Source: an uncultured Candidatus Binatia bacterium
GTDB lineage: Bacteria > Desulfobacterota > Binatia > Bin18
NCBI GenBank assembly: GCA_965214755.1
Contig: OZ243979.1
Location: 3,530,229 to 3,594,228, forward strand
Direction: 5' to 3'
Length of the DNA stretch: 64,000 bases
Part shown: in pieces, positions 17,382-26,101 of the stretch
Numbering within the stretch: the stretch's first letter is position 1
Layout: the number at the start of each line of letters is the position of its first letter
The notes under the pieces: model-generated
Databases searched by the model: none
What the model saw: the letters and a program-made list of their open reading frames with translations, nothing else
What the model was told of the DNA's origin: nothing
Position numbers and translations under genes: made by a program

Positions 17382-18029
17382 GAAGTACGGCCTCCTTTTC
17401 GACTGTGATGGAGTGATAGTTTTGAATCAAATACAACATTTCAAAGGCACTTCTCTATTATCGCCAAAAGCGTTTGCGATTGGACATTCCAGAAGCGCCG
17501 GAAAACCCACAGGAAACACTTGTAGGGACTCCTCATAAGGCTGTCCCTCGCTTCCCTGGTATGTCTGAGGAAGGAGAAGCGTCAAGGCATTACCTCCTCG
17601 TCTGTCTTTTGCCCGTTATCCATAAGGTCCACCTGTTTCAAATATACTCCCTCTCGCTTTGATACCACTCCACGACTTCGTTTTGGACAAAAAAGTGAGT
17701 AGAGATATTACTCCTTCGTGTCGTACTCTTCGTCCTATGTTCGTCGTAATTATCATGCGCCAAGTCTCGGAGGGTGCCGTCTCACCGGTGCTGAATGTGC
17801 CAACCACTTTGAAGACGGCCGTCATTGTTTTACCCAAAGGGCCTGACAAAAACGGATATAGAATAGGTAAGGGAGATCCGAAAATGGATCGCGAGCAGGA
17901 AGGGAAGCAAGAAGGTATTTGTAATTTTGTGTCTTCTATGCATTTCCCATGTGTGGACGATTTTTAGCCCCTACCCTGATTGGATGAGGGATTCTCCGAA
18001 AATTACTCGGTGCCACTTTATACATCGAT

Positions 18030-18752
18030 TCACACCCCAATGATCTCCCGGGCCGTGCGGAAGACGGCATGGAACATGGGCTGTGTGAGCCGCCCGGTAA
18101 AGGTGTTCTGTTGGCTGGGATGGTAGGAACCAATGAGGGTGACGCCATCCAAATCGTAACGCCTGCCATGTCCGAATTTTGGTCTGGGCGTCGGAACCCG
18201 CAGGCCGACTTCTCGCCGGGCTTTGAGATAGGCTGAAAAAGCCAACTGTCCCAGCGCCACAACGACCCGGACCTGTTTCAGCAGTTGGATTTCCCGTAGC
18301 AAATAGGGTTGACAGGCTTCGAATTCGTCTCGCGACGGCTTGTTGTCCGGCGGTGCACAGTGGACGGCCGCGGTGATATACGCGCCCTGTAACCTGAGGC
18401 CATCATCAATATGGATTGAGGTCGGCTGGTTGGCGAAGCCAGAGGCGTGTAATGCACCGAACACCCAGTCCCCGCTGCGATCTCCGGTAAACACCCGCCC
18501 CGTTCGGTTGCCGCCATGCGCCGCTGGCGCAAGGCCGACAATATACAGGCGAGCGGTGCGGTCACCAAGGCTCGGGACCGGCTTGCCCCAATAGTCCCAG
18601 GCGCGGTAGCGTTTGACTTTATCCTGGGCCGTACGCTGGCAGTGCCGGATGAGCCGGGGACAGCGCCGGCAGGCAACGATCCGGCGTTGGAGTTGGGCGA
18701 TGGTCCGCGAAGAGTAAACGTGTCCAGCTTTTTTGTCTGTATTGGAGGACAC
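18030..18752 (-). CDS. uracil-DNA glycosylase superfamily protein (family 4/5; GLAPA motif suggests family 5)
   Basis: CRRCPRL...GLAPAAHGGNRTGRVFTGD...SYHPSQQN. The only in-frame start is the GTG at 18752, inside HPE copy 7. Confidence 0.8.
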   Translation of the reverse strand: MSSNTDKKAGHVYSSRTIAQLQRRIVACRRCPRLIRHCQRTAQDKVKRYRAWDYWGKPVPSLGDRTARLYIVGLAPAAHGGNRTGRVFTGDRSGDWVFGALHASGFANQPTSIHIDDGLRLQGAYITAAVHCAPPDNKPSRDEFEACQPYLLREIQLLKQVRVVVALGQLAFSAYLKARREVGLRVPTPRPKFGHGRRYDLDGVTLIGSYHPSQQNTFTGRLTQPMFHAVFRTAREIIGV

Positions 18753-18763
18753 GTTTACTCTTT
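18709..18763 (+). repeat. HPE copy 7 (orientation A), spans the 5' end of the glycosylase gene
   Basis: gaagagtaaacgtgtccagcttttttgtctgtattggaggacacgtttactcttt. Confidence 0.9.
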
Positions 18764-18776
18764 ATCCCCGCTGGCT

Positions 18777-20255
18777 TTACAAACTCAATATATACTGCAC
18801 GAGCGTCCGCACGCCAAAGCCGGTCCCGCCTCTCGGAGCGTGTGGCAGGGCCCGCTCTGAAAAGGCCGGACCGGCAATATCCAGATGCGCCCAGGGAACA
18901 TCCGAGACAAACTCTTCAAGAAAAAGCGCCGCGGTAATAGCGCCCCCATAGCCCCCACCGATATTTTTAATGTCGGCAATGGGACTCTTGATGTCGTCCT
19001 TATACTCCTTCACCAAGGGCATGGGCCATAATTGTTCGCCCGTCTCTCTGCTGCTGGCTAACAAATCATCCGTCAGTTGCTGATTATTACTGAATAGCCC
19101 GGCGACTCGGGATCCCAGGGCGACCATGCAGGCGCCGGTTAGGGTGGCCAGGTCAATAATAACGTCGGGCTGGTCTTCGACGGCACAGATCAGGGCATCA
19201 GCCAGGATCAAACGGCCCTCTGCATCCGTATTGAGGACCTCGACGGTTTTGCCGTTTCGATAGCTGATAATATCACCGGGTTTCTGAGCCGTGCCGCTCG
19301 GCATATTTTCAGATGAGGGCACATAGCCCGTGACCTGGACCTGCGGTTTGAGCTGGGCAATCGCCCGCATCGTCCCCAGCACGGTTGCCCCACCCGACAT
19401 ATCAATCTTCATCGTCTCCATGGACTTCGCCGGCTTGAGCGAAAGTCCGCCGGAGTCAAAGGTGAGCCCCTTCCCGACCAGGGCCACTTTCTTTTTGGGT
19501 TTTGCGGAAGGGATATAGCGCAGCTTGATGAAGCGCGGCTCTTCCGGACCGCCACGCGAAACTGCCAGCAGGCCATGCATTTTGGCCGCCTTGATCTTGT
19601 TCACGCCCCAGACTTCGGTCTTGAGTCCGTTTCCGGCAGAGAGTTTTTTGGCTTGATTCGCCAAATACGTTGGCGTGGAGACCGAGGCCGGTTCATTGAC
19701 CAGATCGCGTGCCAGAAAGACACCCGGAACAGTATTGTGAACCGTTTCGAGGGCGCGGCTCAGCCGAGCACTTTTCTTGAGACCGGGACCAACCAGGGTG
19801 AAGGTCCCGATTGCCGTCTTTTTCCCGTTGTCGGATTTATACTTCTGGAAGACATAACCGGACAGCAGTAGCCCTTCGAGGATAGCCGCACCTATATCCT
19901 GAACATCCAGACTTGGTTCGACGAACCACGCCATGCTCTTCGCGCGTTGCTCCTGAGCCTGGCGGCGGGCCGTTGCTCCAACTTGACGCCAGGTGGACGA
20001 CTCAATGCTCCCTTGCTTCCCGAGTCCAACCAGCAGAACCAATACGCTGGGGAGGCGTTTATGCGTATGGAACAGGAGCGTCTCGCCCCGTTTGCCTTGG
20101 AATCGGCTGCGTCTCATCTGCTCGCGCAGCGCACCATCCACCGCAGTGTCAAGGGCTTTCAGGTGTGCGGCGTTTTGTTTCCCCTGAGCGACCGAGACAA
20201 CCAGCAGATCGCTACGTACTGCCGTAATGGACTGCGATTGAACCCGAATGTTCAT
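18777..20255 (-). CDS. pepA: leucyl aminopeptidase (M17)
   Basis: NTDAEGRL motif and M17-like sequence throughout. ATG 20255 (MNIRVQSQ...) preceded by GGAAGAAGG, preferred over the ORF-track start at 20300. Confidence 0.9.
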   Translation of the reverse strand: MNIRVQSQSITAVRSDLLVVSVAQGKQNAAHLKALDTAVDGALREQMRRSRFQGKRGETLLFHTHKRLPSVLVLLVGLGKQGSIESSTWRQVGATARRQAQEQRAKSMAWFVEPSLDVQDIGAAILEGLLLSGYVFQKYKSDNGKKTAIGTFTLVGPGLKKSARLSRALETVHNTVPGVFLARDLVNEPASVSTPTYLANQAKKLSAGNGLKTEVWGVNKIKAAKMHGLLAVSRGGPEEPRFIKLRYIPSAKPKKKVALVGKGLTFDSGGLSLKPAKSMETMKIDMSGGATVLGTMRAIAQLKPQVQVTGYVPSSENMPSGTAQKPGDIISYRNGKTVEVLNTDAEGRLILADALICAVEDQPDVIIDLATLTGACMVALGSRVAGLFSNNQQLTDDLLASSRETGEQLWPMPLVKEYKDDIKSPIADIKNIGGGYGGAITAALFLEEFVSDVPWAHLDIAGPAFSERALPHAPRGGTGFGVRTLVQYILSL

Positions 20256-20329
20256 AGCCTTCTTCCTTTTCTCGTAGAAGCCTGGACTGAGCCGGAGCAA
20301 AAGAGTATTACGCAGCCGGGGCTACTTCA

Positions 20330-20383
20330 AAAGAGTAAACGTGTCCAGCATCTACATGCTGTTGGAGGACACGTTTACTCTTT
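20330..20383 (+). repeat. HPE copy 8 (orientation A)
   Basis: aaagagtaaacgtgtccagcatctacatgctgttggaggacacgtttactcttt. A partial half-site, aaaagagtattacgc, lies at about 20299-20313. Confidence 0.9.
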
Positions 20384-20528
20384 GTGCCAGAGCGCGCAAC
20401 TGCCGTTTGACAGAACGGATGTTGCGTCGGATCTTTTTGAGTTCTTTATGTTCCTTTTGCGCTAGTGCCGTATCACGTCGCCCTTTGAGCTCTTTCATCT
20501 GTTTTTTCAGGTCAGCCTTTTCTGCCAT
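20352..20528 (-). CDS. small Lys/Arg-rich coiled-coil-like protein (58 aa)
   Basis: ATG 20528 preceded by AAGGAAGAGAG. MAEKADLKKQMKELKGRRD... The last ~10 codons and the stop lie inside HPE copy 8. Confidence 0.5.
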   Translation of the reverse strand: MAEKADLKKQMKELKGRRDTALAQKEHKELKKIRRNIRSVKRQLRALAQRVNVSSNSM

Positions 20529-20548
20529 ACTCTCTTCCTTCACTCTAC

Positions 20549-20602
20549 AAAGAGTAACCGTGTCGTCCACCCTTGTCTGATTAGTGGACACGTTTACTCT
20601 TT
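20549..20602 (+). repeat. HPE copy 9 (orientation A, divergent loop)
   Basis: aaagagtaaccgtgtcgtccacccttgtctgattagtggacacgtttactcttt. Confidence 0.8.
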
Positions 20603-20907
20603 TCTTCCTTTTCTTCTTGGCCTTGGTTTGGCTTGAACGTCTTTTTTGCCAGATAAAACATTACCGCGCCAGCCGCCCCATACATCAGTATGCCCTCAAC
20701 CAGTCCGACTCCGCCAGCGAGCATGAGCACCAGGACAACCAGCGCTGTCCCAATGACAGCCACAACCTTTTCAATCCGTTCCTCCCGCTCGCGAACCTCT
20801 TCCACATGCGTACTCACCCGTGTTCCGCACTCCGGACAACGCCCCTTGCGCTTACGGTAGAGAATTTTTCCGCACTGGGGGCAGGGAATCCGAAGATGGA
20901 GTGGCAT
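20581..20907 (-). CDS. zinc-ribbon membrane protein (108 aa)
   Basis: CPQCG...CPECG, then two hydrophobic helices. The last ~6 codons (KSKRVH) and the stop lie inside HPE copy 9. Confidence 0.6.
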   Translation of the reverse strand: MPLHLRIPCPQCGKILYRKRKGRCPECGTRVSTHVEEVREREERIEKVVAVIGTALVVLVLMLAGGVGLVEGILMYGAAGAVMFYLAKKTFKPNQGQEEKEEKSKRVH

Positions 20908-20921
20908 ACGCTCGAAACACG

Positions 20922-20978
20922 AAAAAAAATATCACCGCCATCATTACCATGAATAAAGGTTGGGCGGTGATATTTTTT
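20922..20978 (-). terminator. hairpin flanked by A/T runs downstream of korB (possible bidirectional terminator)
   Basis: AAAAAAAATATCACCGCC-(23 nt loop)-GGCGGTGATATTTTTT. The large loop lowers confidence. Confidence 0.5.
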
Positions 20979-21034
20979 GCCCCCGGCTCGTCACACACCG
21001 CGACAAACAGGGGCCTTCTCAACTGTTGACAAGA

Positions 21035-22048
21035 CTATTCTACGGACCAGACATCCCCGCGACGCAGGAGGGTGTCAATATTCCCTGGGCCAGACTTCTC
21101 AACAGCATCCTGAATCTGTTGGTTCATCAAAGACTCAATCGTTGGCCGTTCAGTTGAAAACAGGATCCCAACCGGTGTGGGGAAGTTGGGCGGTGTCATG
21201 CGACCGAGCAAATAGGCCAGCGTTTGATCGTGTTCGTCGTGAACCAAGAGATCTGAGGTGCTGACACCATTCCCAATAGTGACCACTTCAGGAGTTAAGC
21301 CCTTGAGGCGAATGCCTCGGTCTTTGTTCTTGCCAAAAATCATGGGCTTCCCGTGCTCAAGCAGCAGTTGGGTATCGGCCTTGGAGTCTTTCGCCTTCAG
21401 GTATTCCCAGGCGCCGTCATTATAGACATTACAGTTTTGCAGGATTTCAATAAATGCTCCGCCCTGATGTGCGGCTGCCCGCCTCAGCGTTTCCTGCTGA
21501 TGCTTGGCTTCGGTGTCGATACTGCGGGCGATAAACGTGGCCTCTGCTCCCATCGCCAAGGCTATCGGGTTGAGCGGATGGTCGGCCGAACCCATGGGCG
21601 TGGATTTGGCAACTTTGCCGAGTTCTGAAGTGGGTGAGTATTGGCCTTTCGTCAGACCGTAAATCCGGTTGTTGAAGAGCATGATCTTGAGCTCAACATT
21701 CCGGCGCAACGCATGGATGAGATGATTGCCACCAATGCTCAAACCGTCGCCGTCACCCGTGACCAGCCAGATGTGCAGGTCGGGGCGGGAGATCTTGAGC
21801 CCGGTTGCAATCGCCGGCGCCCGCCCGTGGATGGTATGAAAGCCATACGTATTCATGTAGTACGGGAAACGACTCGAACAGCCGATGCCGGAAATGAACA
21901 CCGCTTTTTCTTTTGGAATGCCGAGTTCAGGGAAGATTTTTTGGACCTGAGCCAGAATGGCATAATCTCCACAGCCCGGACACCAACGGACATCCTGGTC
22001 TGAAACAAAGTCTTTCCGCGTCAATTTTACCGCAGCTTCTGTACTCAT
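21035..22048 (-). CDS. korB: 2-oxoacid:ferredoxin oxidoreductase subunit beta
   Basis: CPGCGD...GIGCSSRFPYY...GDGD TPP-binding pattern. Confidence 0.9.
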   Translation of the reverse strand: MSTEAAVKLTRKDFVSDQDVRWCPGCGDYAILAQVQKIFPELGIPKEKAVFISGIGCSSRFPYYMNTYGFHTIHGRAPAIATGLKISRPDLHIWLVTGDGDGLSIGGNHLIHALRRNVELKIMLFNNRIYGLTKGQYSPTSELGKVAKSTPMGSADHPLNPIALAMGAEATFIARSIDTEAKHQQETLRRAAAHQGGAFIEILQNCNVYNDGAWEYLKAKDSKADTQLLLEHGKPMIFGKNKDRGIRLKGLTPEVVTIGNGVSTSDLLVHDEHDQTLAYLLGRMTPPNFPTPVGILFSTERPTIESLMNQQIQDAVEKSGPGNIDTLLRRGDVWSVE

Positions 22049-22053
22049 GGTCC

Positions 22054-23913
22054 TTAGTCCTCCAACATACGGGCAATGCGGGTTGCAACTTCAGACACCT
22101 TAAATGGACGGCCTTGGATCTTATTCAGCCCAACCGCGTCAACCAGGTATTCGGCCCGGATCAGCTTGAGGAGTTGGCCCATATTCATCTCAGGGACCAG
22201 CACCTTTTCATACCGGCTCAGGACATCACCGAGGTCGGCGGGAAGCGGATTCAGATAGCGCAGATGCGCCTGGGCGACCGAATGGCCCTGCGCCTGCGCG
22301 GCCTCAACCGCCGCGGCAATAGCGCCATACGTACTGCCCCAACCCAGAACTAACAGCTTGCCCTGCTCGGGCCCCTTCACTTGCGTAGGAGGAATCTCCT
22401 GCGTGATTTTCGCCACCTTTTGATGTCGGACGCGCACCATCTGTTCGTGGTTGGCCGGGGCGTAGCTGATATTTCCAGTCAGATAATCCTTTTCAATGCC
22501 GCCAATACGGTGCTCAAGACCGGGTGTTCCCGGTTTGACCCAGGGTCGGGCCAGGGTTTCTTCATCTCGCAGATAGGGGAAGAAGCCCTGCGGATCAGTC
22601 CGAAATTCGACCGGGATACTGGGCAGGTCATCGACACTCGGCAGGATCCAGGGCTCCGAGGCGTTGGCCAGGAATCCGTCGGTCAGCAGGATGACCGGGG
22701 TCATATACTTCATCGCGATCCGGGCCGCCTCAAAGGCGGCGTGAAAACAGTCTGCCGGTGTTGAGGCGGCAATAACGGGCAGGGGCGATTCTCCATGCCG
22801 TCCGTATATCGCCTGGAGGAGGTCGGTTTGTTCGGGCTTGGTCGGCATCCCCGTACTCGGCCCGGCCCGTTGGATATTGGTAATCACCATGGGCAGTTCA
22901 ACCGAGGCGGCCAGACCCATGGTCTCACCCTTGAGGTTCATCCCTGGGCCACTTGTGGTCGTAATGGCCAGCGCCCCACCAAAAGCGGCGCCCAGGGCAG
23001 CCCCGACCCCGGCAATTTCATCTTCCGCCTGGAACGTATAGACGTTGTAGTTTTTGTATTCGGCGAGTTCGTGCAGCACATCGCTGGCCGGCGTGATGGG
23101 ATAGCTGCCCAAGAAGAGGGGTAGCCCGGCCTTTTGGGCGGCTATCACAAAGCCCAGAGCGGTGGCCGAGTTTCCCGTGATATTGCGATACGTCCCAGGA
23201 TCAATCTCGGCCGGCTTGATCTCATAGGACGAGGCAAACATGTCGGTATTTTCACCCAGATGATAGCCGCCTTTGATGGCCAGGGTGTTGGCCTCGGCGA
23301 CCACCGGGGTCTTCCCGAACCGCTGTTGTATCCATTCCAGGGTGGGCTCAATCGGACGGTTAAAGAGCCAGGAGACAACGCCGAGGGCAAAAAAGTTCCG
23401 ACTCCGCATGACCGACCGGTTTGGCAGGCCCGTGTCCTTCAGGGCCAGGGTCGTCATTTTGGTGACTTCCACCTGATAGACCTGGTATTTATCCAGCGAG
23501 CTGTCCTCAAGCGGGTTCGTTTCGTATTCGGCTTTTCTCAGGTTGGCCGTGTTGAATTCAGCCGGATCAACGATGAGAATGCCGTTCTGCTTCAGGTCGG
23601 CGATATTGGTTTTGAGCGCTGCCGGATTCATGCACACCAGGGCATCGAGATCATCCCCAGGTGTATAGACATTTTTATTACTAAAATTGATCTGAAAGGC
23701 GCTTACGCCGTACAGTGTTCCAGTAGGAGCCCGGATTTCCGCCGGAAAGTCCGGCAGGGTCCCGACATCATTCCCGGCAAGAACGGATTCGGATGTAAAA
23801 CGGGTGCCGGTCAACTGCATGCCGTCCCCGGAATCACCGGCAAAACGAATAACGACGCTTTCCCGTTCTTGCGTCGCTTTCTCCAGGGGCCCTCCCGCTG
23901 GATTGGTGGCCAT
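22054..23913 (-). CDS. korA: 2-oxoacid:ferredoxin oxidoreductase subunit alpha
   Basis: 619 aa, typical KorA layout. Immediately upstream of korB. Confidence 0.9.
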   Translation of the reverse strand: MATNPAGGPLEKATQERESVVIRFAGDSGDGMQLTGTRFTSESVLAGNDVGTLPDFPAEIRAPTGTLYGVSAFQINFSNKNVYTPGDDLDALVCMNPAALKTNIADLKQNGILIVDPAEFNTANLRKAEYETNPLEDSSLDKYQVYQVEVTKMTTLALKDTGLPNRSVMRSRNFFALGVVSWLFNRPIEPTLEWIQQRFGKTPVVAEANTLAIKGGYHLGENTDMFASSYEIKPAEIDPGTYRNITGNSATALGFVIAAQKAGLPLFLGSYPITPASDVLHELAEYKNYNVYTFQAEDEIAGVGAALGAAFGGALAITTTSGPGMNLKGETMGLAASVELPMVITNIQRAGPSTGMPTKPEQTDLLQAIYGRHGESPLPVIAASTPADCFHAAFEAARIAMKYMTPVILLTDGFLANASEPWILPSVDDLPSIPVEFRTDPQGFFPYLRDEETLARPWVKPGTPGLEHRIGGIEKDYLTGNISYAPANHEQMVRVRHQKVAKITQEIPPTQVKGPEQGKLLVLGWGSTYGAIAAAVEAAQAQGHSVAQAHLRYLNPLPADLGDVLSRYEKVLVPEMNMGQLLKLIRAEYLVDAVGLNKIQGRPFKVSEVATRIARMLED

Positions 23914-24055
23914 GGAATCTCCTCCCCCCTCTGCTGTGACAGCGATGTTCGCTCAGGATTGTTACAGATTTAGTCTGAATACGACACGGAAGATTATGGA
24001 CCGATAGAGTATCCGACGTTATCAGTTCAAGGCAAGAGTCAGGCTGTCACCTAGG

Positions 24056-25795
24056 TTACAAAAAACGCAGAGAAAACGGGAGAATTGCCCATATCCGGTC
24101 TCGCTCCCAGGGCCAGCCGGTCCCGCGGACTCTCCCCCCCCAAGGCAGAAGGCGTAAAAGGGAGGGGAAGCGGAGGAGCGAAGCGGGCTTGGGGAAACGT
24201 TCGACCCCAACCGGCCAGTGGTCAGGTAGCCCGACTCGATATTTGAGTTCGGCCAGGGCTTCTTCCAGCCCACCTATCCGGTCAACCAAACCACGCGCCA
24301 CGGCCTGTCTCCCGCTCCAGACCCGCCCTTGGGCGCAGGCGTCAACCGTCTCATAACTGAGCGACCGACACTGGGCGACCTTCTTCACAAAGTCCCGATA
24401 GAAACTTTGGATCTCGCTATTCATGCGCTCCTGTTCCGCCGGACCAAAGGCCAGATAGTCAGAGAACAGCGCCGCGCGCTTGCCCCGGGTCAGGATTTCC
24501 TTATCCAGGCCAAGCTGGGCATACAGACCGTGTAATACCGCCTTGCCGGCAATGACACCAATCGAGCCGGTCACCGTCCCTTCCTCAGCAAAAACCGTCG
24601 TTCCGGCCAGAGCGATATAATATCCTCCGGAAGCTGCCACATCGCCCAGAGAGATAATCACGGGCTTCTCTTCTTTGGTCTGAAGAATCTCGTGCCAGAC
24701 CAGATCAGAGGCCAGCCCGGACCCGCCCGGACTCGACACGCGGATAAGAACCCCGGCAATATCGGGATTTTCGCGGATGTGTCTGAGGTCTCGGATCACA
24801 CTGCTGGAGCCGGTGGATTGAATACCGTCACTCCCGGTCTCGGTTTCGCCGCGCGTAATCGTTCCACCCACCGTCATGAAGGCAATCCGCGCGGGAGGAT
24901 ACCGGAGCGCCTGACGCCGTATGAGTCGCCCGCGGCGCCGCAGATAGGCACCTGCTTCAATGATCTGCACGCTCTTGGCCGAGTTCACGACCGCTGTCTG
25001 TCCTCCTTTTTCAGTCTGTCCCTGTTCGGCCTGTCGCTCGCGGCTTTCGAGCCAGTGCGGGATATCATCCTCATAGCCACTATGATCGATCAGGCCCATT
25101 TCTTGGGCTTCGTGAGGGAGAAACAGCCCTTGGTCAATGAGTTCCCGCACGGTGGCTTTGTCTGTATTCCGGGTTGCGGCGACCCCCTCAACAATCTGAT
25201 CGTATAGATCGTCCAGCAGGCTGTTCATCATCTCCCGATGGGGCTCCGACAGCGATGTCCGCGTAAATGGCTCTCCCGCCGACTTATACTGCCCAGCTTG
25301 GCTGACCTGAGCTTCTATACCCAGCTTGTCGAGTGCGCCCTTAAAGAACATTGTTTCTGCCGCAAGACCGGTGATGGTCAGGTGACCAGCCGGCGCCATC
25401 GCCACCGCGTTGGCCGCACTGGCGAGGTAGTATTCCTGGGTGCCCCCCTCGGCGAGATAGACGAGGACGTATTTCCCGGCGTGACGGAGGGCCTGAATGG
25501 AGCGCCGCAGGTTTTGCAGGCGCGCCCAGCCCGTGTCCAGATGGTCGATAGTGAGAATAACAGCGCTGAGCTGCTCGTCCTCCCGCGCCCAGCGCAGCAG
25601 GGTGGTCAGGCTGAACAGGTCCGGAGCGGTTGGACGTCGAAACGGCAGGAGGCCCAGAACACCATCTTCGGCAAGATGGCCAGTCAGCTCTATCTGAAGG
25701 GTGTTATACGGCTGGCGCCGTCCGGTGAGGCGCGCAAGAAGATCGATGGTCCAAAGAACGCAACGCGTAATGCGGCGGAACAGGAAACGTATCAC
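24056..25795 (-). CDS. sppA: signal peptide peptidase SppA, 67K type
   Basis: Two tandem S49 peptidase-like halves (...SPGGS...; ...AASGGYY...). Confidence 0.85.
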   Translation of the reverse strand: MIRFLFRRITRCVLWTIDLLARLTGRRQPYNTLQIELTGHLAEDGVLGLLPFRRPTAPDLFSLTTLLRWAREDEQLSAVILTIDHLDTGWARLQNLRRSIQALRHAGKYVLVYLAEGGTQEYYLASAANAVAMAPAGHLTITGLAAETMFFKGALDKLGIEAQVSQAGQYKSAGEPFTRTSLSEPHREMMNSLLDDLYDQIVEGVAATRNTDKATVRELIDQGLFLPHEAQEMGLIDHSGYEDDIPHWLESRERQAEQGQTEKGGQTAVVNSAKSVQIIEAGAYLRRRGRLIRRQALRYPPARIAFMTVGGTITRGETETGSDGIQSTGSSSVIRDLRHIRENPDIAGVLIRVSSPGGSGLASDLVWHEILQTKEEKPVIISLGDVAASGGYYIALAGTTVFAEEGTVTGSIGVIAGKAVLHGLYAQLGLDKEILTRGKRAALFSDYLAFGPAEQERMNSEIQSFYRDFVKKVAQCRSLSYETVDACAQGRVWSGRQAVARGLVDRIGGLEEALAELKYRVGLPDHWPVGVERFPKPASLLRFPSLLRLLPWGGRVRGTGWPWERDRIWAILPFSLRFL

Positions 25796-25868
25796 AACTA
25801 CGCAACAGTCTATGCTCCTTCTGTCGGCTTCGGCAAGAGCATCGCCTGTGTCTGATTACTAACCGGAA

Positions 25869-26081
25869 TTAGGCGTTCTCCTCTTTATATATTTCCAGCC
25901 AGGCCATTTGGATGGCTTCGAGTTTGCCCTCACTCGACTCCTGGGGGTCGTCGCTGAAATCCTCCAGGGCGGTGACCCAGCGGAGCAAATCGGTAAAACG
26001 GATGCTCAACGGATCGGTCTCGGGCTGCGCTTCGAAGAGCCGCTCGGCAATATCCTCGGGCGTGTCCCAGTATAGCTTCAT
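25869..26081 (-). CDS. iscX: Fe-S assembly protein IscX
   Basis: 70 aa acidic protein, MKLYWDTPEDIAERL...FTDLLRWV. Follows hscA. Confidence 0.8.
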   Translation of the reverse strand: MKLYWDTPEDIAERLFEAQPETDPLSIRFTDLLRWVTALEDFSDDPQESSEGKLEAIQMAWLEIYKEENA

Positions 26082-26101
26082 GACTCCCTCCCGTGCGGTT
26101 G

